The translations under genes and the position numbers were made by a program. From an uncultured Cytophagia bacterium (lineage in GTDB: Bacteria; Zhuqueibacterota; Zhuqueibacteria; Zhuqueibacterales; Zhuqueibacteraceae): a stretch of DNA of 20,432 bases. Position 1 is the first letter of the stretch. Each line of letters starts with the position of its first letter. The notes below the pieces were generated by a model, which saw nothing but the letters and a program-made list of their open reading frames with translations, was not told the origin of the DNA and made no database searches. Location: positions 61,192 through 81,623 of the forward strand of contig CAYWGH010000024.1 of NCBI GenBank assembly GCA_964457925.1, in the 5' to 3' direction. This document shows positions 1-7,813 of this stretch, piece after piece.

Positions 1-1274
1 CAAACCATCCACATGCCCGAGCGCGGCAGATTATGCAGCAATCCGGAAAACGCGCCGAGCAGCAAAAACGGCGCGCCCAAGCCGAGCGCCAATACGAAAA
101 ACATCCAAAAACCGAGCACGGGGTTGGCGGTTGTTCCGACATACGTCAGCAAGCCCAGCACGAACGGCCCGATGCACGGCGCGGCGACGAAGCCGACCGT
201 GAGTCCCATGAAAAACGCGCCCAAGAAACCTGGTTTCGAGCCGCCGGCCATTTGCATCAGCGCCGTTGGCACTTTGAATTCATATAATCCGAACATTGAA
301 AGCGCGAGCGCGATCATCACCAAAGCAATAAAAATGAGCACCGGCGGACTTTGCAGCGCCGCGCCGAACAACGCGCCGCTCAACGCCGCCAGCACACCCA
401 ACACGGAATACGTCACTGCCATGCCGAAAATGTAAAGCGCCGCGAGGCCAAAAACTTTTGCGGGGCGTCCGCCGGTTTGCCCGCCAAAATAACTCACGGT
501 GATCGGAATCAATGGATAAACGCACGGCGTCAAATTGAGCGCAAGCCCGCCAAGGAAAATAAACAGCAATGAAACGCCCAGGCCGTGCCGCTCAACCAGC
601 GCGCTGATTTCGTTGGCGCTTCCCGCCTGCTGTTGCCCGGCAATTGTCAAGCCACTGCCGAAATCAATTTGCGAAAAAATTTCATCGTTGATGAGATTCG
701 CGGGCTGATCGAGACCTACCAGCGGCAGTGTGGCGCTGAAGGCCTTCTCCTCCGGCTGCAAACAGGAAAAATCATTGCAGGCTTGATAAATCAGCTTGCC
801 GGAGAGGCGCAACGAATCGCTTTGGAATCTTTCCGAGATTTTGAGCTGGACGCCGATAATGAATTCGTGTTCGTAAACCGACATTGGCGTTTCGGAAAAC
901 GCAAAGCGGCGCGACAAACCCGGCGGGTAAACAATCTGTTCGATCGCAACCCCAGAAAGTTCATCCAATATAACCTCAGTCGGAATCAAAAACTCTTCAT
1001 TCGGCTGATGCGAGTTCACATGCCAGCCTTCGCTGATTTTGCCGAGGATCGCCGCGCGCAGCGTGCTCCCCTTGTAGGCTTGATCAAACGAGAATATCAC
1101 TTCGGTCTGCAGGATTTCTTCCGGAGGAGAGAAATCGAAAGAAAGCGATTCTTGAGAATAGGCTAACGGCGAATTCATCAATAAGAACAACAACGCCCAT
1201 TTTATCGCTTGCCTGAAATTGGTAACAGCCAGGTTTCTATAACCCTGAAAATCGCCTCCCTTCCCATTTGTCAT
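1..1274 (-). CDS. dsbD: DsbD-like thiol:disulfide interchange protein (DsbD-alpha N-terminal domain plus CcdA/DsbD transmembrane core); partial, with the 3' end beyond the left window edge
   Basis: This ORF is absent from the ORF track because it has no stop in the window. My reverse-strand translation is open from 1274 down to 1. It reads MTNGKGGDFQGYRNLAVTNFRQAIKWALLFLLMNSPLAYSQESLSFDFSPPEEILQTEVIFSFDQAYKGSTLRAAILGKISEGWHVNSHQPNEEFLIPTEV...GKLIYQACNDFSCLQPEEKAF...LLFIFLGGLALNLTPCVYPLIPITVSYFGG...FFMGLTVGFVAAPCIGPFVLGLLTYVG. The Cys-x5-Cys (ACNDFSC) is typical of DsbD-alpha. The two membrane Cys-Pro motifs (TPCVYP, APCIGP) are typical of DsbD-beta/CcdA. The start is uncertain: ATG 1274 lies inside a palindromic repeat, and ATG 1178 would cut the signal-like KWALLFLLMNSPLA segment. 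Confidence 0.85.
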   Translation of the reverse strand, partial: MTNGKGGDFQGYRNLAVTNFRQAIKWALLFLLMNSPLAYSQESLSFDFSPPEEILQTEVIFSFDQAYKGSTLRAAILGKISEGWHVNSHQPNEEFLIPTEVILDELSGVAIEQIVYPPGLSRRFAFSETPMSVYEHEFIIGVQLKISERFQSDSLRLSGKLIYQACNDFSCLQPEEKAFSATLPLVGLDQPANLINDEIFSQIDFGSGLTIAGQQQAGSANEISALVERHGLGVSLLFIFLGGLALNLTPCVYPLIPITVSYFGGQTGGRPAKVFGLAALYIFGMAVTYSVLGVLAALSGALFGAALQSPPVLIFIALVMIALALSMFGLYEFKVPTALMQMAGGSKPGFLGAFFMGLTVGFVAAPCIGPFVLGLLTYVGTTANPVLGFWMFFVLALGLGAPFLLLGAFSGLLHNLPRSGMWMV

Positions 1275-1340
1275 TCTGCAAGAATCTTGTGAAAAAACCG
1301 TCTTGATGCCAAACTTTACAGGATTCCTTCTGAAGGGCAT
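1269..1340. repeat. REP/MITE-like imperfect palindromic element, copy 1
   Basis: The left arm tgtcattctgcaagaatcttgtgaaa (from 1269) can pair with the right arm acaggattccttctgaa (1318-1334); about 13-14 of 17 positions pair, counting G:U. 26 of the first 28 nt are identical to 17949-17976, in the same orientation. The element is intergenic, between the stop at 1430 and the dsbD-like signal peptide. A small extra hairpin gggcatataatgccc abuts it at 1335-1349. Confidence 0.7.
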
Positions 1341-1429
1341 ATAATGCCCATACCAAGCAAGGCTTACAAGAGTTGGAATCGACAATTTCACTTTCATAAA
1401 TCCGTGAAATCCATGGTTAAAATTTTTTC

Positions 1430-2026
1430 TCACAATTCCGATTGATCGACCCAGCGCAGCAGGCGCCATTTGCCGTCGCGCGGGTTGCGGTGAAAGGTGA
1501 AAATGGCAAAGCCCGAAACGCTGAAGCTGAAATCCGAGCTGGCGAGATCCAGGCGAAAACTGCGCGCCTGCGTCTCATCTTCGCCTTCGGTGATGGTGTA
1601 AATGGTGTTCAACCATTCGAGATTGATGACGTCGAATGATCGCAACAAACGCCCAGTGGTTTTTAAATCCGTTTCACGCGTCCAGGAAATAAACAACCCG
1701 GAAGGCCCCTGCTCGGGATCGAAATATTGAAACACGAATGCGCTGTCCAGCACATTCGAATAAAGCAGCGAATCCTTGAACGTATAGGCGTAGCGGAAAT
1801 TGGTCAACACTTCGTCGGGATTGCGCTGTTCGGTGATCAACTCGCGGGTCAAACTGCCGTCATCGAGCTTGGGGGCAAAGGGATTGATGCAACTGAGATG
1901 GGCGAAAGCCAGCGTCATCCAAACCAGCAACGTTGAAATGGCAGCGCCGCGCAGGCAGGCGCAGCGATACTTATCGTTGATGCTCAATCGTGTAAGAAAT
2001 ATTGCAAACATAACCGCCAGCGGCAT
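1430..2026 (-). CDS. Hypothetical lipoprotein (possibly an NTF2/SnoaL-like small domain)
   Basis: 198-aa ORF. The N-terminus has a hydrophobic stretch ending in the lipobox-like AHLSC followed by INPFAPKLDD. I recognise no catalytic motif. The fold guess rests only on size and on the C-terminal pattern GFAIFTFHRNPRDGKWRLLRWVDQS. The start is ambiguous: ATG 2026, or an internal ATG/TTG closer to the signal peptide. Confidence 0.6.
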   Translation of the reverse strand: MPLAVMFAIFLTRLSINDKYRCACLRGAAISTLLVWMTLAFAHLSCINPFAPKLDDGSLTRELITEQRNPDEVLTNFRYAYTFKDSLLYSNVLDSAFVFQYFDPEQGPSGLFISWTRETDLKTTGRLLRSFDVINLEWLNTIYTITEGEDETQARSFRLDLASSDFSFSVSGFAIFTFHRNPRDGKWRLLRWVDQSEL

Positions 2027-2085
2027 TGTTGATTATTCAAATGACAAAACCAAAGCGCCGACAAAATTATTCCAGGCGGGCAACA

Positions 2086-2934
2086 TCACTGTTGCCTTGC
2101 AATGCGCTGCGCGAACGCCTCCTGCAAACGGCGGGTGATGCGGCCGGGTTTGCCGGCCGCGATGACTGCATTATCGAGCCGAACAATCGGCACAACCTCG
2201 CCCGTGGTGCGCGAGAGGAAAAGCTCACCGGCCTGTGGCAGCCGCGCTGCAGACGGCGGCGTTTCTTCCACCGGAATGCGCAATTCCCGGCAAAGCTCGA
2301 GTACGACTGCACGCGTGATGCCCGGCAATATTTTATGTGACAGCGGATGTGTTATAATCTTACCGTCGAATACTGCAAAGAAATTGCTGTGACTCGCCTC
2401 CGTGGCAACGCCTTCGTGGATAAAAATCGCCTCGTCAGCGCCCTGTTCATGCGCTTTCTGACTTGCCAAGACATTCGGCAAGAGATTGATCGTCTTGAGA
2501 TCGCAACGATCCCAGCGAATATCGGGCATCGTTATTGCGGACACACCCTTTTCGGTCAACTCATGAGCCGGGACGAATTTGCTGGCGGCAATGTAAACCG
2601 TGGGCGGCGTGCCTGGCGGCGGAAAGAAATGTTTGCGGGGAATTGCCGCGCCGCGCGTGATCTGAAAATAAATCAGCGCCTCGTCATTTAAAAGATTATT
2701 TTCCGCCAACAGCCGCCGTGCGATACTTTCCAACGCGGGGAAATCATCAAACCGCAAATGCAGCGCTTCGAGGCCGTACTGAAGGCGGCGCCAATGCGCA
2801 TCTTTCTCGAAAAAATAACTGCGATAGCTGCGAATGACTTCGTAGACGCCGTCGCCGAATAAAAAGCCGCGCTCATAAACCGAAACGGTGGCTTGTTCGT
2901 GGGGAATATATTTGCCGTTGAGGTAAACCAGCAT
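2086..2934 (-). CDS. Class IV (fold type IV) PLP aminotransferase, D-amino-acid aminotransferase-like
   Basis: MLVYLNGKYIPHEQATVSVYERGFLFGDGVYEVIRSY is a typical class IV N-terminus. RWDRCDLKTINLLPNVLASQKAHEQGADEAIF resembles the Dat catalytic-Lys segment (CDIKSLNLL...AKQEA) more than the IlvE one. I prefer ATG 2934 (GGGAG about 10 nt upstream) over the track start at 2961, which is a TTG. Confidence 0.8.
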   Translation of the reverse strand: MLVYLNGKYIPHEQATVSVYERGFLFGDGVYEVIRSYRSYFFEKDAHWRRLQYGLEALHLRFDDFPALESIARRLLAENNLLNDEALIYFQITRGAAIPRKHFFPPPGTPPTVYIAASKFVPAHELTEKGVSAITMPDIRWDRCDLKTINLLPNVLASQKAHEQGADEAIFIHEGVATEASHSNFFAVFDGKIITHPLSHKILPGITRAVVLELCRELRIPVEETPPSAARLPQAGELFLSRTTGEVVPIVRLDNAVIAAGKPGRITRRLQEAFAQRIARQQ

Positions 2935-2993
2935 GGCTGAACGACTCCCAAGCACTTGCAAAAATATTTAGACATTTCGCTCTCGCGCGAAAA

Positions 2994-3022
2994 ATCTTAG
3001 ACAAGTTTGTGTTGAATGTCAA
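2994..3022 (-). promoter_or_regulatory. Sigma70-like promoter for the aminotransferase gene
   Basis: The minus strand reads TTGACA (3022-3017), a 17-nt spacer, then TAAGAT (2999-2994). This sits about 60 nt upstream of ATG 2934. Confidence 0.45.
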
Positions 3023-3370
3023 GGCAATTCTGGTTTATCGCGACGTACCTGAGCTGGCCACAGTAAAACCGGCAGATTCGTCCTTGAACTTTGCACCAAG
3101 TCTGACCGAATCCGCGTTGAGCTGGGGTTTGATCAAGACGCCAACTACCGATTCATCGAACGATCAAGATTTAAACTCGCGCCTATGCAACATTTCATTC
3201 CTTCGGGGTTTTGAAGGGCAGTGAGGCGAATTTCACGATAACCCTTCACCGCTTCGCGGCTTGTTTAGGACGATTATCGATTCTTTCTTGTCGTATCGCA
3301 GCATACAAAATTCAGGTCGTCCCAATCACCGCCAACCGGCCTGGATTTTTTATGTTGAAAAATTGCCCAA

Positions 3371-3405
3371 ACAAAAAGGGCATCCCGGAGAGAGACGCCC
3401 TTTGA
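3371..3405 (-). terminator. Rho-independent terminator downstream of the S41 protease gene (bidirectional in form)
   Basis: The minus strand reads GGGCGTC-tctctccgg-GATGCCC, a 7-bp stem with one mismatch (plus-strand 3378-3384 pairing with 3394-3400). It is followed by TTTTTGTTT and lies 38 nt after the stop at 3439. On the plus strand the same hairpin is followed by tttgattttt. Confidence 0.7.
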
Positions 3406-3438
3406 TTTTTGCTGTTCGCGAAATGAGTCTGAGCCGTT

Positions 3439-5067
3439 TCAGTTCCTGCGCAAGCGGCCGCCCGTATCGCTCAGAGCGGCAAGCTTTTCCGCCTGCGGGA
3501 ACAGGCGCAACACCTCCGCAAATTGCGGGTCGTCATGCACTTCGACTTGCGCGGCGCGCTCGCGATCCCACAAATGCAAAGCAATTTCCTTCTTGAGCAA
3601 AAGCTTGATCAAGTTTTGATCGGCATTCCAACTCGCTTGATCGAATTTGATGTTCTTCGCTTCCAGCAAACGGCGAAAGTCTGCCAGCATGCGTTCGTTC
3701 GGCGCCCAGGTTTCTTTGAACGCTTCAAAATTATTTGCAAGCTGGCGGTTCTTCGAGGCGAAGTCGCCGGCATATTCGAGGAAAACATTTTTCACAATCA
3801 AATCAACCGTGAAATGCGTCGGCAAGAGCCACTTGATTTGCACGTCCGGGGTAATGCCGCCGCCGCCAAAGACTTTGCGGCCCGAACTAGTTTGATAGAC
3901 CGGCCGATTTTTTAAAGAATCCGAATTGGTATTGGGATCGACATCGTCATAAGCGGCTTCGACATATTCGCCGAAATGCCCGTTTTCATAAGGCCGCTGA
4001 ATCAACCGGCCGCTGGGCGTGTAGTACTTGGCCGTGGTCACACGGATGGCGGAGCCATCTTTCAAACCGATTTGCGTTTGCACGAGTCCCTTGCCGAAAC
4101 TGGTCTCGCCGACGATCAACGCGCGATCCCAATCTTGCATGGCGCCCGCCACAATTTCGGAAGCGCTGGCCGAGCCATGATCAATCAAAATAATTGTTGG
4201 AAACGGTTTGTGATGATCGTCGTCCGTCGCCAAATAATCATCGTCGGCTTGTGGAATGCGGCCGCGGGTATAAACGATTTTACGGCCGCGCTCGATGAAC
4301 TTGTCGGCGACATCCACGGCTTGATCGAGATAACCGCCGGCATTGCTGCGCAAGTCGAGGATGAGCTGCTTCAAACCCTGTGCTTCCAATTTCAGCAGCG
4401 CGTTTTCCAATTCTTCTGCCGTGGTTTTGGAGAAGCGTTTCATGCCGATGTAGCCGGTTTGATGATCGATCATAAAAACCGGCTCGACGCTGTAAATCGA
4501 AATCTTGTCGCGGGTGATCGTCACATCGAAGGTTGATTCGAAACCAGGCCGTTGAATTGTGATTTTGACTTGTGAGCCACGCGGGCCGCGCAAACGCTTA
4601 ATGATCTCCTCTTGATTGAGATTGTAAGAGGACTTGCCGTCGATCTGCACAATTTGATCGCCGGCGCGCAAGCCGAGGCGTTCCGAGGGCGAGCCGCCAA
4701 TGGGCGCAATGACAGTCGGCCATTTTTTGATGATTAAAAATTCAATGCCGATGCCGAAAAAATGGCCTTCGAATTTTTCCGTCACGTCTTCAAGTTGATC
4801 TTTTGGAATGAAAACCGAATGCGGATCGAGCGTTTCGAGCATGCCGGAGATCGCGCCGTCAACCAGGGCCGGCGTTTTCACCTCTTCGACGTAATACTTG
4901 CTGACCGCGTTGAGCGCTTCGCTGAAACGCATCATCTCTTGATAGATGTTGTTGCGCTCGGGCCGTTCCCACGGCAGGAAGCTCGTCGGCTCGTACAACG
5001 CCAAAGTCGAAACCGTGACCACCGCGAACGTTGCCATCCAAACTTTGTGATTTCCTAAAGACTTCAT
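3439..5067 (-). CDS. ctp: Carboxyl-terminal processing protease (peptidase S41, Ctp/Prc family) with a PDZ domain
   Basis: PDZ-like segment GIGIEFLIIKKWPTVIAPIGGSPSERLGLRAGDQIVQIDGKS. S41 Ser/Lys dyad context IILIDHGSASASEIVAGAMQD ... GETSFGKGLVQ. N-terminal anchor MKSLGNHKVWMATFAVVTVSTLALY. ATG 5067 is preceded by GAGGTG (5077-5072) with a 4-nt spacer, so I prefer it to the track start at 5145. Confidence 0.9.
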   Translation of the reverse strand: MKSLGNHKVWMATFAVVTVSTLALYEPTSFLPWERPERNNIYQEMMRFSEALNAVSKYYVEEVKTPALVDGAISGMLETLDPHSVFIPKDQLEDVTEKFEGHFFGIGIEFLIIKKWPTVIAPIGGSPSERLGLRAGDQIVQIDGKSSYNLNQEEIIKRLRGPRGSQVKITIQRPGFESTFDVTITRDKISIYSVEPVFMIDHQTGYIGMKRFSKTTAEELENALLKLEAQGLKQLILDLRSNAGGYLDQAVDVADKFIERGRKIVYTRGRIPQADDDYLATDDDHHKPFPTIILIDHGSASASEIVAGAMQDWDRALIVGETSFGKGLVQTQIGLKDGSAIRVTTAKYYTPSGRLIQRPYENGHFGEYVEAAYDDVDPNTNSDSLKNRPVYQTSSGRKVFGGGGITPDVQIKWLLPTHFTVDLIVKNVFLEYAGDFASKNRQLANNFEAFKETWAPNERMLADFRRLLEAKNIKFDQASWNADQNLIKLLLKKEIALHLWDRERAAQVEVHDDPQFAEVLRLFPQAEKLAALSDTGGRLRRN

Positions 5068-5271
5068 TCGGCACCTCAATTTAGTGGCATGGGTGAAACG
5101 CTGACAAATCAAAAAAACCGGTATGCTGAAAAGGTGAGAAGCCATATCGCGCTCAACACGAACACCTGCCCTGCTTTCCTATTTATAGCGACGATGCGCC
5201 GTCTCGCAGACCGATAACGAAAATGAAAGTGCACAATAAGACGCACACTCCTGCAAAAAGGTTTCGCCTGA

Positions 5272-6195
5272 TTACAGTTTTACTAAAATCGAAAAGCGGT
5301 GGGTGGCGCCCAATTCATTGGCAAAAGGCAAGTAGCCATAATCCAGTGTGCAGCGTCCGCGGCTTGCGCCAAATCCCGCGGTCAAGCCGCGATTTTCACG
5401 ACCAAGCTGATACCCAGCGCGGCCGGCCACGCCGTTCATCAGCCAATATTCCAAACCGGCGTTGGTGGCATTGCCGCCCGCGAATAAAAGCATGTTCTCC
5501 AACACCAGCGCCGCGCGCGGCTCGCCACTGGCTGAAGTCAATTGATAAACCCCGCCGATACGCAGCAAAGCCGGTAACGTGATACTCTCATTCACCAGCT
5601 TGCCCATCGTTCCCACATTTTGCGCACTCGCTGCCAAGCGCAAAGGCGCGGCGGGTGTTTGCCAATTTACGCCCACATCAAAGGCAAAGCCGTTGGCCGA
5701 GGTCAAATAAATTTTCTCGTAGAGATATTTGAGGCTTACACCCCATGACAAGTTTACGCCACGTTTGCGGCCGTAGGACAACGACAAGGCGAGATCGCGG
5801 CCATCAAAACTGCCGATTGGTTCAGCCGTTGGCGTTTCACGCAATTCAATATTGGGAATCGCCTGCGATGTGAGGCCAAGTCCCAACACGCCGCCAAAGC
5901 CGGGGAAACTCAAGGCGTAAAAATCGTGATTGATGCTTTCGAGCCATTCCAAATGAGTGAACGCCAGTTGTGTGCCCGAGGCGTTTGCCAATCCCGCCGG
6001 ATTCCAATAAATCGCGGTGGGATCGTCGGCCAAGGCAACGTATGCTTCACCTAGCGCCGCCGCACGGCCGCCCACGCCAATTTTCAAAAATGCCAGCCCG
6101 GACTTGCCGGCATCTTGCGCGACAGCAAACGCCGGCAGACACATGAGGCCCGCGACAACGCAACATTTTAGTTTCAACATATAAACTCTTTTCAT
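5272..6195 (-). CDS. PorV/PorQ-family (FadL-like) outer-membrane beta-barrel protein, paralog 1
   Basis: Signal peptide MKRVYMLKLKCCVVAGLMCLPAFAVAQ. This is followed by the family-typical N-terminal block SGLAFLKIGVGGRAAALGEAYVALADDPTAIYWNPAGLA. The rest of the sequence is rich in alternating Gly/aromatic residues and ends in an aromatic-rich terminus (HRFSILVKL). Confidence 0.7.
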   Translation of the reverse strand: MKRVYMLKLKCCVVAGLMCLPAFAVAQDAGKSGLAFLKIGVGGRAAALGEAYVALADDPTAIYWNPAGLANASGTQLAFTHLEWLESINHDFYALSFPGFGGVLGLGLTSQAIPNIELRETPTAEPIGSFDGRDLALSLSYGRKRGVNLSWGVSLKYLYEKIYLTSANGFAFDVGVNWQTPAAPLRLAASAQNVGTMGKLVNESITLPALLRIGGVYQLTSASGEPRAALVLENMLLFAGGNATNAGLEYWLMNGVAGRAGYQLGRENRGLTAGFGASRGRCTLDYGYLPFANELGATHRFSILVKL

Positions 6196-6269
6196 GCGTT
6201 TAACATTTCAATGAATCGCTTGCTTCTGCAGATTCAAGCTTGAACATGACGTTGAAATTTTGATGGCGG

Positions 6270-7718
6270 TCAATCCAACACCATCACCTTGCCCCAATGC
6301 ACGCCCTCCCCAGCCAGGTCAATGCGATAGAAATAAACGCCGTTGTGCACGATGTCGCCGCGGGTGTTTTTGCCATCCCAAATTTCAAAATAATTGCCGG
6401 CGCTATTGCGCACTTTCGCGGAAACAACCTCGGCGACCAACTCCATGGCGAAATCAAAAACTTTGATTGTCACTGTCCCCGGCGCGATAAGGTTGTATTG
6501 GAAACGAACGTGGCCATCACCGCGCAATTGGTTGTGCCGCGAGGGTGAGAACGGATTAGGATAGGCATACGTTCGCGGCTCGCCGTTCTCTCCGGCAGCA
6601 ACGGAGCCGCGCTGAATCGTCCACGTCGCGCCGTTGTTAGGCGTAACTGCCAGGCCGTCCGGCCCGCCGACAAACAGTTGATTGCCCAACACGCCAGCGC
6701 AAAAGTATTCTTCACTCAGATACGGTTGTTTTTGGTTTTGATCGACGATCACCGGAAACTTGGCCCAGGTGTGGCCGAAATCATCGGAACGATAAAGCCC
6801 TTGATCGGTGACGGCATAGGCGCTCGCGCCATCAAAGGCAAAATTGTGGGCAAATTCATTTTCCAGAGTCACGCGCCAGGTAAACCCGCCATCTTCGCTG
6901 ATGGAGACAGCGCGTGTTTCCTCGGGATCTTCGGCATTTACCGTCGCCGCCCAAATATATTCGCGATTGTTCCATTTTTGCTGACCCAGCGCAACCACGA
7001 AATTTCCGGAAATGGGTTGCGTTTGATTTTGATGGGAAAAATTTGTCCAGGTCAAGCCGCCGTCGATGGAACGATTGACGCCGCCGGCCGTGCCGACATA
7101 CAAGACGCCCTCGGCATTGATTACCGAAAAGGCGCGATGGTTCAAGTTATTGGCAACATCAAGGAAGAATGAATCCGGCGGCACGGATTGCCAGGTTTTG
7201 CCGCGATCGTTGGACTTGGAAACGCTGCCGCCAAAGCTCGTAATCCAAACGCCGGTAGGATGCAAAGCGATATCATATGTGACATTTTGCATGACGGTGT
7301 TGAATGGCGCAGGCTGCGGCACATAGGTCCAGGTTGCGCCGCCATCCGTCGAATAACTCAGCCCGCCGCCTGCCGGCAGCAAGCCTTCGGGCACCAGCGA
7401 ATCGATTGCCGTGGCGACCCAAATGATGCTATCTGAAACCGCCAAACCGGAAACTCCGCCGCGCGGCAAACCGTCGCGGTTGGTGTAGGTAACCCACGAA
7501 TTGCCGCCGTCATTCGAACGTGACAAGCCGCGACCGGTGCCCAGCCAAATTTCGCCATTAAGAATAACAATGTCGCTCACTGAATTTGAGCGCAGCCCCG
7601 GCAAAGGCATGGTCGTACGGTTTCGCTCGGAACCAAACTTCCAGCCCATTTTAGCCGGCGTTTGCGCCGGCGCGAGAGCGGCGAAACCGAACATCAGAAT
7701 CAAAAGCATGCGTTGCAT
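6270..7718 (-). CDS. Secreted BNR/Asp-box beta-propeller protein with a C-terminal T9SS type A sorting / FlgD-Ig-like domain
   Basis: Signal peptide MQRMLLILMFGFAALAPAQ. Seven Asp-boxes: SRSNDGGNSW, SYSTDGGATW, SKSNDRGKTW, NRSIDGGLTW, SISEDGGFTW, YRSDDFGHTW and a degenerate TPNNGATW. The C-terminal ~95 aa is YPNPFSPS...VRFQYNLIAPGTVTIKVFDFAMELVAEVV...FEIWDGKNTRGDIVHNGVYFYRIDLAGEGVHWGKVMVLD. This matches the NPF..-..I.Y-..V.I.I.D..G..V-WDG.N..G..V..GVY.Y pattern of Por-secretion tails. Confidence 0.8.
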   Translation of the reverse strand: MQRMLLILMFGFAALAPAQTPAKMGWKFGSERNRTTMPLPGLRSNSVSDIVILNGEIWLGTGRGLSRSNDGGNSWVTYTNRDGLPRGGVSGLAVSDSIIWVATAIDSLVPEGLLPAGGGLSYSTDGGATWTYVPQPAPFNTVMQNVTYDIALHPTGVWITSFGGSVSKSNDRGKTWQSVPPDSFFLDVANNLNHRAFSVINAEGVLYVGTAGGVNRSIDGGLTWTNFSHQNQTQPISGNFVVALGQQKWNNREYIWAATVNAEDPEETRAVSISEDGGFTWRVTLENEFAHNFAFDGASAYAVTDQGLYRSDDFGHTWAKFPVIVDQNQKQPYLSEEYFCAGVLGNQLFVGGPDGLAVTPNNGATWTIQRGSVAAGENGEPRTYAYPNPFSPSRHNQLRGDGHVRFQYNLIAPGTVTIKVFDFAMELVAEVVSAKVRNSAGNYFEIWDGKNTRGDIVHNGVYFYRIDLAGEGVHWGKVMVLD

Positions 7719-7761
7719 AAGATTATCTCATGGATTGAGCAGCGAGATTATTCGTATCAAT

Positions 7762-7781
7762 AAAATTGCTTGCGGCAATTT
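7762..7781 (-). terminator. Weak candidate terminator hairpin after the repeat-module lipoprotein gene
   Basis: The minus strand reads AAATTGC-cgcaa-GCAATTT followed by TATTGAT, about 32 nt after the stop at 7814. The stem is AT-rich and short, so support is weak. Confidence 0.3.
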
Positions 7782-7813
7782 CAACAATGATCGCAATGAG
7801 TTTTAACATTCTT

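Noticed and set aside
13-1166. Plus-strand track ORFs 13..435, 33..287, 351..572 and 585..1166
   Set aside because: They are antisense to a motif-rich dsbD-like reading frame. Their translations are low-complexity (Pro/Ala/Asn/Ser runs) or Arg-rich with no recognisable domain, which is typical of shadow ORFs in GC-rich coding DNA.
2962-3438. tRNA, tmRNA, RNase P RNA, SRP RNA or a common riboswitch in the long spacer
   Set aside because: I looked for the hallmark strings on both strands: the GGTTCGAATCC-type T-arm, the tmRNA GGGG...TCGAC 5' end with a tag ORF and a CCA end, GAGGAAAGTCC of RNase P, the SRP GGAA/AGCA motif, and the B12 box. I found none. This is not decisive without a covariance-model scan.
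3009-3596. Plus-strand ORFs 3009..3224, 3211..3405 and 3261..3596
   Set aside because: There is no RBS and the composition is not protein-like. 3211..3405 reads through the terminator hairpin, and 3261..3596 overlaps the 3' end of the S41 protease gene on the opposite strand.
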